Shown: piece after piece, positions 1 through 9,213 of the stretch | Layout: each line of letters opens with the position of its first letter | How positions within the stretch are numbered: position 1 is the stretch's first letter | From: an uncultured Schwartzia sp. | Lineage (GTDB): Bacteria > Bacillota > Negativicutes > Selenomonadales > Selenomonadaceae | Direction of reading: 5' to 3' | Assembly: GCA_905372875.1 (NCBI GenBank) | Contig: CAJPQU010000001.1 | Location: forward strand, 1-41,686 | DNA: 41,686 nt | Made by a program: the position numbers and the translations under genes | Notes under the pieces: model-generated | The model's database searches: none | The model's input: only the letters and a program-made list of their open reading frames with translations | Told to the model about the DNA's origin: nothing

Positions 1-1
1 C

Positions 2-415
2 CCCAGAAGCGGAAGCGCGGCCACATCCTCCGGATCTACGTCCGCCGCCCAGCCCCCGACAGCCCAAGGGCCCCTGCCCGAAGAAAAACGCATCCGGCGT
101 CGGAAACGGCCGGAGGACTCGTGGTTCACCTTTTCCCTCAAGAGCATGTGGAGCATCGCAGCCGCCATCCTTCTCCTCTGGGGGCTGCATAGTTTTTGGA
201 CCAGCTGGCGCCTGAACGCTTTTTGCTGCGCCGTCCAGGAAGCGGTGAACGCCCCAGACGGTATCGAAAAACTTCCGCAAATCAGCGATTGGCGCGTGCG
301 GGAAATCGAGGAAGGGACGCTCCAGGTTTCGCGGGGAGACGGCGCTTACACCGTCTACGTCTGGCGGCTCTCGGGCGGCGGTTACTTCGTGGATACCATC
401 GCCCGCCGGCCCTGA
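2..415 (+). CDS. Hypothetical single-pass membrane protein, probably 5'-partial at the window edge
   Basis: The frame of ORF 146..415 stays open back to base 2 with no in-frame ATG/GTG/TTG. A basic stretch (RRRKRPED) precedes the hydrophobic segment SIAAAILLLWGLHSFW, which fits the positive-inside rule better than a start at M146. No family recognised. Confidence 0.45.
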   Translation, partial: PRSGSAATSSGSTSAAQPPTAQGPLPEEKRIRRRKRPEDSWFTFSLKSMWSIAAAILLLWGLHSFWTSWRLNAFCCAVQEAVNAPDGIEKLPQISDWRVREIEEGTLQVSRGDGAYTVYVWRLSGGGYFVDTIARRP

Positions 416-428
416 CCGGCGTCCCGCT

Positions 429-1553
429 ATGAAAAAGAAGCGAATCCTTCACCCGCTCCTCCTCACCTTGACGGCGCTCTTGCTCCTCACCGGCTGCCGG
501 GACGGTGCCGCCCTCACCCCGCCTTCCGCCGCGCCTGCCGACCGTGTGGAAGCCCTCTTATCGCGCCTTTCCCCGACGGAAAAAGTGGGGCAAATGATGA
601 TGTGCGGCCTCATGACCGCCGCCTACGACGAAAACTGCGCCTATCTCCAAAACGAATTTGCCGTGGGCAGCTTTATTCTCTTCGACCGAAACGGCAACAC
701 CGCCGAAGAGGTCCGTGCCCTTACCGCCGCCCTAAAGCAGGGAAACGCCACCCCCGTACCCCTCTTCCTCGCCATCGACGAAGAAGGGGGCGCGGTGGCC
801 CGCTTCTCGGATTTCCTGCCGCCGCCCCCCGCCGCCTCTGCCCTCGGCGAAGCAGGGGATCCGGCCACAGCCCAGCGCTGGGCCGCCGATACCGCGGAAA
901 ATCTTCACGCTTTAGGGGTAAACTGGAACTTAGCCCCCGTGGCTGACCTCGGCCTGGCCAACGGTCGCTCCTACAGCGGCGACCCGGCCGTCGTCACTGC
1001 CTTTCTCCGTTCCGCGGCGGCAGGCTACCAAGAGAAACATTTTCCCTTTTGCCTCAAGCACTTCCCCGGCATCGGCAAGGGCGCGGCGGACACTCATGAC
1101 GACGAAGTTACCGTCGCCACTTCCCTGGAAGAACTTCGCCAGGAAGATATGGCCCCCTTCACCGCCCTCATCGCCGACACCCCGGCCACCGACTTTGCCG
1201 TCATGATCGGCCACGTTCGCTATGACGCCATCGACGATGCCCCTGCCAGCCTATCTCCCGCCATTATCACCGGCCTCCTCCGGGGTGAACTGGCATACGA
1301 CGGCGTCGTCATCACCGACAACATCACCATGAAAGCCGTGGCGGCACGCTATTCCCCGGAAGAAGCAGCCCTTCGCGCTGTCGCCGCCGGAGCCGACATC
1401 ATCCTGGTCAGCCACGAGTATGAAGCCGCCATTGCCGCCTACAACGCCATCCTTCGCGCCCTAAACACCGGCGTCATCCCTATGGAACGCATCGACGCCT
1501 CCGTCCGACGCATCCTCCGCCTGAAGTTAGCCCATGAAGACGTAGCCAAATGA
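429..1553 (+). CDS. nagZ: Glycoside hydrolase family 3 beta-N-acetylhexosaminidase (NagZ-like) lipoprotein
   Basis: 374 aa. Lipoprotein signal ends in LLLTGC. GH3 N-terminal domain motifs are present: KHFPGIGKGAADTHDD, DEEGG, VITDN. Confidence 0.85.
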   Translation: MKKKRILHPLLLTLTALLLLTGCRDGAALTPPSAAPADRVEALLSRLSPTEKVGQMMMCGLMTAAYDENCAYLQNEFAVGSFILFDRNGNTAEEVRALTAALKQGNATPVPLFLAIDEEGGAVARFSDFLPPPPAASALGEAGDPATAQRWAADTAENLHALGVNWNLAPVADLGLANGRSYSGDPAVVTAFLRSAAAGYQEKHFPFCLKHFPGIGKGAADTHDDEVTVATSLEELRQEDMAPFTALIADTPATDFAVMIGHVRYDAIDDAPASLSPAIITGLLRGELAYDGVVITDNITMKAVAARYSPEEAALRAVAAGADIILVSHEYEAAIAAYNAILRALNTGVIPMERIDASVRRILRLKLAHEDVAK

Positions 1554-1560
1554 TACAGCA

Positions 1561-1613
1561 AAAAACCGACGCCCCATACCAGACACTATCGTCTGACATA
1601 GGGCGTCGGTTTA
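1561..1613. terminator. Bidirectional hairpin between convergent nagZ and the antitoxin gene
   Basis: Stem CCGACGCCC (1566-1574) pairs with GGGCGTCGG (1601-1609), with an inner CAGAC/GTCTG pairing. An A-run lies 5' and a T-run 3'. The T-tract is better on the minus strand. Confidence 0.6.
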
Positions 1614-1683
1614 TGTTCATTGCCGCGCCACAAATGACCGCGTAATACGATGAAATATCAGCCCCCATAGAGGACCGTGCCGG

Positions 1684-1965
1684 TCATGAAACGAGAGGTG
1701 TTACTTGCAGCTTCAATCCCAACGGGCGCATCAACTTCATCAAGGTGTCCAGCTTTGGCGTTGTCTTAAAGGACTCAATGCGGGCAACGGACGATTGGGG
1801 AATATGGCACTCGGCAGCCAGCGCCCGTTGACTGATTCCCAATTCCATCCGCTTTTGAATAACAGAGGAAACAATAGCGCTCAACATCTCGATCTCTTCC
1901 ATTTCCTGCTTACTGCCTGCATCGATTGACTTCACATGACGTTTATAATCTTCCCATGTTTTCAT
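1684..1965 (-). CDS. XRE-family HTH antitoxin (HigA-like)
   Basis: 93 aa. HTH segment LGISQRALAAECHIPQSSVARIE. Its ATG overlaps the stop of the upstream toxin gene (ATGA). Confidence 0.85.
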   Translation of the reverse strand: MKTWEDYKRHVKSIDAGSKQEMEEIEMLSAIVSSVIQKRMELGISQRALAAECHIPQSSVARIESFKTTPKLDTLMKLMRPLGLKLQVTPLVS

Positions 1966-2333
1966 AGCTTATCCACTTCCTTTCTGGCCAGATAGTCGTC
2001 ACGTTCTCTCTTCGCGCGTTGGATTTCACGGGCCGGGATTTTCATCGTCTTCTTGCGGAAATGATGGAGCAGGACAAAGGTATCCTCGCCGCAGTAAAAG
2101 TAAAGCACGCGATTATTGCCGGGGCGCAGTTCCCAAATGTCTTCCTCGATATGCTTGGTGATGGTGCTTGGCAGAAAGGTCCCATTCTTCGACAACAGAT
2201 CGATGTAAAACAGCATTTGATTGTACTGAATCCGGGCATCTTTGTTCGACGCACCCTTGCTGCGCAATTCTTCAAGGAAATCCCAGACATCCGATGCCCC
2301 GGCTTTCGTTTCATAAAACTTGACGGTAAACAT
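1962..2333 (-). CDS. RelE/ParE-superfamily toxin (phage Gp49/HigB-like)
   Basis: Start chosen at M14 of the ORF (MFTVKFYETKAG...), preceded by GGGAGAT. WELRPGNNRVLYFY and the toxin-first gene order are typical of HigB/Gp49-type modules. Confidence 0.8.
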   Translation of the reverse strand: MFTVKFYETKAGASDVWDFLEELRSKGASNKDARIQYNQMLFYIDLLSKNGTFLPSTITKHIEEDIWELRPGNNRVLYFYCGEDTFVLLHHFRKKTMKIPAREIQRAKRERDDYLARKEVDKL

Positions 2334-2440
2334 AATATCTCCCATCTGCATGGCTTTTCTTGATGATAGCACAAACGCTATCTAAAGACAAGAGATGCGG
2401 TTAACACGAGAAAATCGTAGGCGCAGCGCCAAGACAAAGG

Positions 2441-2480
2441 GACGCCCTACGCCAGAGCTTATCGTCTGGCGTAGGGCGTC
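2441..2480. repeat. Perfect 16-bp-stem hairpin, paralogous to the hairpin at 1566-1609
   Basis: GACGCCCTACGCCAGA / TCTGGCGTAGGGCGTC with an 8-nt loop. The 3' arm matches the 1566-1609 element at 19 of 21 positions. No gene ends here on either strand. Confidence 0.6.
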
Positions 2481-2579
2481 TTCTTATTGTGGTTTATTTT
2501 CCGGCGATGGTGCGGTGCCTAATACACATGTTTTTCCCCGGGCACTTTCACATTTTTTCTCTCGCGGCAGGAAACCTTC

Positions 2580-2608
2580 TTGTTATCAGAGAATTATATC
2601 GTTATAAA
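2580..2608 (+). promoter_or_regulatory. Candidate sigma-70 promoter for the EF-G paralogue
   Basis: TTGTTA, 17 nt, then TATAAA, about 25 nt upstream of the GAGGAGG RBS. Confidence 0.3.
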
Positions 2609-2630
2609 AAGCGATCGAGGAGGGATTTCG

Positions 2631-4703
2631 ATGCAGGAATATGGGAGCGCGAATCTGCGCAACGTCGCCGTCGTCGGCCACGGGCGGGCCGGGAAGACGA
2701 GCCTGTTGGACGCTTGCCTGTTTAACGCCGGAGCGGTCAACAGGCTGGGAAATACCGCCAACGGATCGTCTTTTTTGGACGTCGAGCCGGAAGAAATCCG
2801 GCGCGGTTTTTCCATCGACAGCAAGCTGGTTGCCATAGAATGGCAGGGCTGCAAGCTGAATCTGCTGGATACGCCCGGCTACCCGGACTTCATCAGCGAA
2901 GTCAAGGGAGCGCTCACGGCGGCGGACTGCGCCCTCATTGTCATCTCAGCTCCCTCCGGCATTGAGATTGAAACGGAAAAAGACTGGCGGCTGGCGGAAG
3001 AAATGGCTCTTCCCCGAGCCTTCTTCGTCAATAAAATGGATCGGGAGCACGCGGACTTCCAGCAGGTAGTGGATGAGCTCCGCGTGCGTTTCGGCAAAGG
3101 CGTTGTCCCCGTCCAGCTTCCCCTCGGACAGGAATCCTCTTTTCAGGGCGTCATCGACCTTCTCACCATGAGCAGCAAATTCACCTCCCATGAGGAGGAA
3201 ACCATCGTCACGGGCATTCCAGAATATATGGACGAGGCGGTGGAAACGGCCCGGCAGGCGCTGGTGGAGGCCCTAGCGGACTTTAATGACACCCTCTTAG
3301 AGAAATTCTTAGACGGCGAGGATATTCCCCAGCACGAGATCGGGCAGGCGCTGTCCGACGGGATCGCCGCCGGGAAGGTATTCCCCGTATTCTGCGGGGC
3401 TGCGGCCCAGAATGTGGGGGTCCGAAAGCTCATGAACGGGATCATCTCCTATCTCCCCGCCCCGGGGAGCCGCAGCGCCATCGGTACCGAGCCGGGAAAA
3501 GAGGATACCCTTTTGGAACGCACTTTGACCGACCCCTTTTCCGCCCAGGTCTTTAAGACCGTCGTGGACCCATTCGTGGGGCGGCTGACGTTTCTGCGCC
3601 TGCGCTCCGGGACGCTGACTCATGACGACAGTGTGTATAACGTCAGCCGCGGCGCCATCGAACGCATCGGCGGCCTGTTCACCATGCAGGGCAACCAACA
3701 GATCAAGGTAACCCGCGCCCTTGCCGGGGATATCGTTGTAACGTCGAAACTCACCGCCACCCGCACCGGCGATACCTTGGCGGATAAGAACGCTCCCATT
3801 TGCTACGAGCCCATCGCCTACCCCGGCTCCATGCTGATCATGGCCGCCTACCCGAAGAAGAAAGGCGACGAGGAAAAGGCCTTCGGAGCGCTGGAAAAGG
3901 CGCAGGACGAAGACCCCACCATCGTCGTCTTTAAATTCCCGGAAACGAAGGAGACCCTCGTCCGGGCCCAGGGCGAGGTACAGATTGAGATATTAGGGGA
4001 GCGGCTGACCCGAAAATTCGGTGCGGAACTTGCGTTTCGCGAGCCGAAGGTGCCGTACCGCGAGACGATCCGAAAGTCGGTGAAAGCCGAGGGTAAGCAT
4101 AAAAAGCAGAGCGGCGGCCACGGCCAGTACGGCCATGTCTGGCTGGAGATCAGCCCCCAGCCCGCGGGAGAAGGGAACGCCTTCACCGAGACGATCTTCG
4201 GCGGCAGCGTGCCGCGCCAGTACGTCCCGGCGGTGGAGAAGGGGACGGCGGAGACGCTGGCCGGAGGCATCTTGGCGGGCTATCCCGTGGTAGACGTGAA
4301 AGTGAACCTCTGCGACGGCTCCTATCACACGGTGGACTCCTCCGAAGCCGCCTTTAAGGCCGCCACTGCCCTCGCCCTCCGCAAGGGGATCAAAGAAGCC
4401 GATCCCATACTCTTAGAGCCCATTTACAATATCTCCATTTCCGCCCCGGAATACTTCATGGGAGAGGTCATGGGGCAGCTGAACGCGAAGCGGGCACGCA
4501 TTTTAGGGATGGAGAGTCAGGGCCGCGATATAAGCGAAGTAAAGGCCCAGATCCCGGCTACGGAACTCTATAAATACGCCACCGACTTGCGGGCTCAAAC
4601 GAAGGGACGCGGTGTTTTCACCACAGAATTTTCCCACTACGAGGAAATGCCGCCGAAGATGGCGGAAAAAGTCATCGCCGCCTATCAGGAAGCACGGAAA
4701 TAA
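2631..4703 (+). CDS. Elongation factor G family translational GTPase (paralogue with a divergent P-loop)
   Basis: Start at the internal ATG 2631 after GAGGAGGG. G1 is GHGRAGKTS (canonical EF-G has AHIDAGKTT). G3 DTPG and G4 NKMD are present, with full-length EF-G domain II-V-like sequence. Confidence 0.9.
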   Translation: MQEYGSANLRNVAVVGHGRAGKTSLLDACLFNAGAVNRLGNTANGSSFLDVEPEEIRRGFSIDSKLVAIEWQGCKLNLLDTPGYPDFISEVKGALTAADCALIVISAPSGIEIETEKDWRLAEEMALPRAFFVNKMDREHADFQQVVDELRVRFGKGVVPVQLPLGQESSFQGVIDLLTMSSKFTSHEEETIVTGIPEYMDEAVETARQALVEALADFNDTLLEKFLDGEDIPQHEIGQALSDGIAAGKVFPVFCGAAAQNVGVRKLMNGIISYLPAPGSRSAIGTEPGKEDTLLERTLTDPFSAQVFKTVVDPFVGRLTFLRLRSGTLTHDDSVYNVSRGAIERIGGLFTMQGNQQIKVTRALAGDIVVTSKLTATRTGDTLADKNAPICYEPIAYPGSMLIMAAYPKKKGDEEKAFGALEKAQDEDPTIVVFKFPETKETLVRAQGEVQIEILGERLTRKFGAELAFREPKVPYRETIRKSVKAEGKHKKQSGGHGQYGHVWLEISPQPAGEGNAFTETIFGGSVPRQYVPAVEKGTAETLAGGILAGYPVVDVKVNLCDGSYHTVDSSEAAFKAATALALRKGIKEADPILLEPIYNISISAPEYFMGEVMGQLNAKRARILGMESQGRDISEVKAQIPATELYKYATDLRAQTKGRGVFTTEFSHYEEMPPKMAEKVIAAYQEARK

Positions 4704-4715
4704 AGGGATAGAGAA

Positions 4716-4748
4716 AACCGCCTCTCGGATAAAGAGGCGGCTTGTTTT
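4716..4748 (+). terminator. Rho-independent terminator after the EF-G paralogue
   Basis: CCGCCTCT / AGAGGCGG stem followed by CTTGTTTT. Confidence 0.7.
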
Positions 4749-4792
4749 AATGATATCCCTTACTTCCACAAATCCATCATCCCAAAGTGTCC

Positions 4793-5080
4793 CTACTTCT
4801 TTTGATTTTTCGTCATTTCCAGAGCGTTGTTGAGGAAAAATTCGCCGCCCATGGGGGAGGTGCAGTCCTTTTCCATGAGGACGTTTTTATTTTCATCCCG
4901 AAAGGTCAGGCAAAAGGCCTCGTCTGTGGGGGCCGACGCTCCTGAAATAGGCGTAACAAAAGCCGATACCCCCGGCGCGTAGTCGCGTCGGTAGTAGACT
5001 TCCCGGACCGGGTGGAGTCCTTTATCGTCCTCCCGCCGCTTAAAGCGCAATTTGAAGGCAAAAATATCGTCTAACCGCAT
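4793..5080 (-). CDS. Hypothetical protein
   Basis: Start at M13 of the ORF (MRLDDIF...), preceded by AGGAGG. No family recognised. Confidence 0.6.
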   Translation of the reverse strand: MRLDDIFAFKLRFKRREDDKGLHPVREVYYRRDYAPGVSAFVTPISGASAPTDEAFCLTFRDENKNVLMEKDCTSPMGGEFFLNNALEMTKNQKK

Positions 5081-5182
5081 GATATCCCCTCCTGTCGCAG
5101 TTTCTCTTTCCCCCATAAAAAATCAACGTCAGTAATCCCCTTTTGACGCGAGGATGCGTGTGCCGCAGACGAAACACACCTG

Positions 5183-5683
5183 TTATCCATTGCCATGGCG
5201 CGCCGGCGCCCTGTCCTCCAGCAAACCGATGAACAAGTATATCAACTGCCCGACGAAAAACGCCGCCCCGGCCAAGAGCATAAGTCCCGCCCCCAGGCCG
5301 AGGGAATCTTGGCCTGGCCCGGTATACGCCGCCCAGTGATCTTCCATCTCTTCGTCGAGAACGCGCCACGCCAAGAGGCTGAGCACAGTGGCCAACGGGG
5401 CGAGAACTGCCCAGAGGCCCGATCGGCCAAGCACATGGAGACGGTGCGCGGCGAGGATCGTCTGCGAAGCATATACTATCGCGGTAAAAGCAATCCACAC
5501 GGCGTAAATAGGAAAAATATATTTTCCCCCATCGCTGGACCACATAACCGTAAGATACAGGAAGGAAACGAGCCAAGTCATCGCGATCTCTGCCGCCAAA
5601 AGCGCCGCCCAAGCGTCAACATAAGTCTCGCGAGGGATCCTTCCTCGGAGAGAGAAAAAGAATTTCAGTATGTTGTCCATCAT
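5183..5683 (-). CDS. DUF805-family inner membrane protein
   Basis: N-terminal FSLRGRIPRETYV motif typical of DUF805, followed by several hydrophobic helices. Confidence 0.8.
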   Translation of the reverse strand: MMDNILKFFFSLRGRIPRETYVDAWAALLAAEIAMTWLVSFLYLTVMWSSDGGKYIFPIYAVWIAFTAIVYASQTILAAHRLHVLGRSGLWAVLAPLATVLSLLAWRVLDEEMEDHWAAYTGPGQDSLGLGAGLMLLAGAAFFVGQLIYLFIGLLEDRAPARHGNG

Positions 5684-5829
5684 TTTCTCCTCTCGGAGCT
5701 AGGCACGGTCGCCCATTGGATTTGTCGCGGCGCGCCGGTGCGGGGGCGGTTCCTTATCATCCGACTCTTTCCCGTATCATATGGGTCTATCAAACTTACG
5801 GACACGCCAAAGAACGCCAAAATTTGCCC

Positions 5830-5858
5830 TTGACACTTCTCCTGGCGGCATGTATAAT
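5830..5858 (+). promoter_or_regulatory. Near-consensus sigma-70 promoter of tRNA-Gln
   Basis: TTGACA (5830-5835), 17 nt, TATAAT (5853-5858), with TG at the extended -10 position. Confidence 0.75.
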
Positions 5859-5878
5859 CGAGTACGTTGACGAGGGAT

Positions 5879-5954
5879 TGGGGTATCGCCAAGTTGGTAA
5901 GGCACGGGATTCTGAATCCCGCATGCGTTGGTTCGAGTCCAGCTACCCCAGCCA
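5879..5954 (+). tRNA. tRNA-Gln (anticodon CUG)
   Basis: Acceptor TGGGGTA/TACCCCA, discriminator G and encoded CCA. Anticodon arm CGGGA-TTCTGAA-TCCCG. T-loop GGTTCGAGTCC. Close to the canonical bacterial tRNA-Gln. Confidence 0.93.
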
Positions 5955-5964
5955 GTGACTGTTC

Positions 5965-5990
5965 GCACCGCGATGGCGCGGTGCTTTTTT
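5965..5990 (+). terminator. Rho-independent terminator after tRNA-Gln
   Basis: GCACCGCG / CGCGGTGC stem followed by TTTTTT. Confidence 0.8.
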
Positions 5991-6018
5991 ATCCCTTGGG
6001 GAAAACAGAACGCGCCGC

Positions 6019-6255
6019 CTAAAATTTGATGTCGTGGGCGATGGTCTGATCGCTTTTCCCCAAAACCCAGCCCAGTACCTTAATCTCCGCATAGAGCATG
6101 ACCCGCTGTTCCCGGGGATCCACTTGCGCCCGGGTAAGTTCTTTATATTGGGCGATCTCCTGCTCGTAGCGGGCACGGATCGTGGAGGGGCTGCGCATTT
6201 TCTCCCGATGATCCGCCGCATAGGCTTTGCTGCTGATGATGTCTTTGTACGTCAT
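6019..6255 (-). CDS. Hypothetical small protein
   Basis: Start at M4 (MTYKDII...), about 10 nt after GGAAGAGG. No family recognised. Confidence 0.55.
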   Translation of the reverse strand: MTYKDIISSKAYAADHREKMRSPSTIRARYEQEIAQYKELTRAQVDPREQRVMLYAEIKVLGWVLGKSDQTIAHDIKF

Positions 6256-6355
6256 ATCGCACATCCTCTTCCTTCTTTTTCTTCTCCACCCCTAACGGCA
6301 GGGATTTCTTCCCCCGCCGCGAATATTATTATATCAAAAAGAAGGGGGAAACGCC

Positions 6356-6559
6356 ATGCCTTATGTAAACATCAAGATCACCCGGGAAGGCAACGTGACG
6401 GCCGAGCAAAAACGCCGCCTTATCGAAGGGGCGACGGATCTCCTGCACGACGTCTTGGGGAAAAACAAAGCGACCACCGTAGTGACCATCGATGAAGTGG
6501 ACACCGATAACTGGGGTATCGGCGGCCTTCCGGTGACCGCCCTGCGGAAAAAGCGCTGA
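6356..6559 (+). CDS. 4-oxalocrotonate tautomerase family protein
   Basis: 67 aa. Begins MPYVNIKI (catalytic Pro1 after Met removal) and has typical length and pattern. RBS GAAGGGGG. Confidence 0.85.
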   Translation: MPYVNIKITREGNVTAEQKRRLIEGATDLLHDVLGKNKATTVVTIDEVDTDNWGIGGLPVTALRKKR

Positions 6560-6724
6560 AACACGCGCCCGCTTCTTCCTGCTCGCGATTTACCCGCGAC
6601 GGGGTATTTCTTTTACGCTCTACTTTTCGTGTGCCGTTTCTGTCAACCACTTTTACGGCGCCGATAACAGAGGACCATCCGCTGGGAAATATCCAGCAAC
6701 CTTTGACCTTTAGGAGGTATTTTT

Positions 6725-7657
6725 ATGGGAAAGATTTATCAAAGCATGACAGAATTGATCGGTCATACGCCGCTTCTGGCGGCTCGTCGGTTCAGCCGGG
6801 AAGAATCCCTTCCCGCTACGCTCTTAGTGAAGCTGGAATATTTTAATCCGGCGGGAAGCGTGAAGGATCGCATCGCAGCGGCGATGATCGAGGACGCGGA
6901 AAAGCGCGGCCTCCTGACGAAAGATTCCGTCATCGTCGAACCTACCAGCGGCAACACGGGTATCGGCCTGGCCAGCGCGGCAGCGGCCCGAGGCTATCGG
7001 GCCATCCTCACCATGCCGGAGACGATGAGCATAGAGCGCCGTAAACTGCTGGCGGCCTACGGCGCAGAAATCGTGCTGACCGACGGCGCCCAGGGCATGA
7101 AAGGGGCCATCGCGAAAGCCGAGGAGCTGGCGAAAACCCTTCCTCACGCCTTTATCCCCTCGCAGTTTACCAATCCCGTGAACCCGGCAGCCCATGAGGC
7201 GACCACCGGGCCGGAGATCTGGACGGATACCGACGGCGCAGTGGACATCTTCGTGGCCGGGGTAGGGACCGGCGGCACGGTAACCGGAGTCGGGCGTTTT
7301 CTCAAGAAAAAAAAGCCCGGCGTCAAAATCTACGCCGTAGAGCCCGAAAACTCAACGGTATTGAGCGGCGGCGCCCCCGGTCCGCATAAGATTCAAGGGA
7401 TCGGCGCCGGATTCATCCCCCAGACGCTGGATACGAAAATTTACGACGAGGTGCTGACCATCTCCAACGAGGCCTCCTTCCAATACGCCCGGAAACTCGC
7501 CCGCACGGAGGGAATCCTCGTAGGCATCTCCTCCGGCGCAGCCTTGGCGGCGGCGGTAAAGCTGGCGGCCCGCCCGGAAAATGCGGGCAAGACCATCGTC
7601 GCGTTGCTGCCGGATACCGGCGACCGCTACCTCTCCACGGATCTTGTCGAGGCGTAA
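6725..7657 (+). CDS. cysK: Cysteine synthase A (O-acetylserine sulfhydrylase)
   Basis: 310 aa. PLP-lysine motif [19 protein letters not shown] and GVGTGGT loops. Strong RBS TAGGAGG. Confidence 0.93.
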   Translation: MGKIYQSMTELIGHTPLLAARRFSREESLPATLLVKLEYFNPAGSVKDRIAAAMIEDAEKRGLLTKDSVIVEPTSGNTGIGLASAAAARGYRAILTMPETMSIERRKLLAAYGAEIVLTDGAQGMKGAIAKAEELAKTLPHAFIPSQFTNPVNPAAHEATTGPEIWTDTDGAVDIFVAGVGTGGTVTGVGRFLKKKKPGVKIYAVEPENSTVLSGGAPGPHKIQGIGAGFIPQTLDTKIYDEVLTISNEASFQYARKLARTEGILVGISSGAALAAAVKLAARPENAGKTIVALLPDTGDRYLSTDLVEA

Positions 7658-7686
7658 GCGAAGCGTTGACAAAAAGAACTATCCTT

Positions 7687-7719
7687 AAAAAAGGGCTGCT
7701 TTCGGGCAGCCCTTTTTTA
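7687..7719 (+). terminator. Rho-independent terminator after cysK
   Basis: GGGCTGC / GCAGCCC stem flanked by an A-run and TTTTTT. Confidence 0.8.
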
Positions 7720-7794
7720 TGTACCGACCCCGGGGCCCCGGATTCGTCTCCCATTGGCCGCCGCGGCGGCCAATACCGAAAAAGACGGCCATAG

Positions 7795-7822
7795 TGGCAA
7801 AATTCCTAAAAAATAGTATAAT
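7795..7822 (+). promoter_or_regulatory. Candidate promoter of the trk operon
   Basis: TGGCAA, 16 nt, TATAAT (7817-7822). Confidence 0.4.
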
Positions 7823-7860
7823 AAGAGCCATCAAAACGAATGGGGGACGGAGGGGTTTTT

Positions 7861-9213
7861 GTGCGCGTCGTAATCGTGGGAGCGGGAAAATTAGGATACA
7901 GCATCGCCGAACTCTTATCCAACGAAGGGTACGAAGTGGTGATGATCGATCAGGATGAGACCCAGCTGGAAGCGGTGAAAAATACCCTGGACGTCCTGAC
8001 CATTCGGGCTAACGGAGCCAGCCCCGCCACCATGGCCGACGTGGAAGTGCGGGGGGCCGATCTTTTAATCGCGGTGACGGCGGTGGACGAGGTGAACATG
8101 ATCGCCTGTATCCTGGCGAAAAAACACAAGATCCGCCACACCATCGCCCGTATTCGGGACATAGAATTCGTCGCCGCGGAGGGCGGGTACCTGAAAAAAA
8201 CCTTCGACATCGACCTCATGTTGAACCCGGAATACATCACGGCCCAGGAAATCTATCGCATCCTCATGACAACGGCCGCCCTCAATGTAGAGGATTTTGC
8301 CAGCGGCAAGGTGCGCCTCTTCGAGACAAAGGTGCGCCGGGACTCGAAGATGGCCAACGTGCCCCTCAAGGACATGGATATGCCGGCGTCGGTCTTAGCG
8401 GGGATGATCTTCCGGGACCACCAGATGATCATCCCCCACGGCGACGATATTCTAAAGCCCGGGGATAACGCCTACTTCATCGGCGATCCAGCGGAGATCG
8501 AAAAGTTCAGCGCCCGCTTCGTTAAGCGCGAAGCCCGCCGGCTGGAACGGCTCATGATCATCGGCGCGGGACGTACCGGCCGAGCGCTGGCCACGATGTT
8601 TGAGCCGACGGATGTCAAGGTGAAGGTCATCGAAAAAGACAGCGAGCGCTGCCAGCGGATGGCGGATATGCTGCAAAACGGCATGGTAATTTCCGGCGAC
8701 GGCACGGACATTGACCTTCTCATGCAGGAGGGGATCCACGAAACGGACGTGGTGGTCTGCCTGACGGAGGACGATAAGCTGAACCTCATGCTGGCGCTTT
8801 TAGCTAAGCATCTGGGCGCACGGGAGACTGTGGTGCGGGTGGGGCGCAGCGAATATGTGGATCTCATGGAGAAGGTGGGGGTGGACATCGTCCTTTCGGC
8901 CCGGCTCCTATCCGCCAGCGAAGTGCTGGCCTTTGCCCGCCGGGGCGGCGTCGTGTCGGTCTCCCTCTTGGAAAGTGCCAAGGCGGAAGCGGTGGAGGTC
9001 ATCGTGCAGGAGGGAACGCCGGTGGTGGGGCATCCCTTAAAAGAAGTCCATCTCCCCCGGGAATGCCTCGTCTGCGCCTATGTGCGGGGCGAAGAGGCCG
9101 CCATCCCCAACGGCGACTCCGTTCTCCTCCCCGGAGACCGCGCCATTCTCTTCATCGAAACACAGTTTTCCCAGAAGGTCATCCAATACTTTAAGGGCAG
9201 GGATCGGGCATGA
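7861..9213 (+). CDS. trkA: Trk potassium uptake system NAD-binding subunit TrkA (tandem RCK)
   Basis: GTG 7861 follows GGAGGGG and puts the Rossmann motif VIVGAGKLG at the N-terminus. The ATG at 7840 has no RBS. A second GxGxxG (IIGAGRTG) lies mid-protein. Confidence 0.9.
   Translation: MRVVIVGAGKLGYSIAELLSNEGYEVVMIDQDETQLEAVKNTLDVLTIRANGASPATMADVEVRGADLLIAVTAVDEVNMIACILAKKHKIRHTIARIRDIEFVAAEGGYLKKTFDIDLMLNPEYITAQEIYRILMTTAALNVEDFASGKVRLFETKVRRDSKMANVPLKDMDMPASVLAGMIFRDHQMIIPHGDDILKPGDNAYFIGDPAEIEKFSARFVKREARRLERLMIIGAGRTGRALATMFEPTDVKVKVIEKDSERCQRMADMLQNGMVISGDGTDIDLLMQEGIHETDVVVCLTEDDKLNLMLALLAKHLGARETVVRVGRSEYVDLMEKVGVDIVLSARLLSASEVLAFARRGGVVSVSLLESAKAEAVEVIVQEGTPVVGHPLKEVHLPRECLVCAYVRGEEAAIPNGDSVLLPGDRAILFIETQFSQKVIQYFKGRDRA

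Noticed and set aside
7823-7860. A c-di-AMP (ydaO/kimA-type) riboswitch upstream of trkA.
   Set aside because: Less than 40 nt separates the candidate -10 from the start codon. That is far too short for this riboswitch class.
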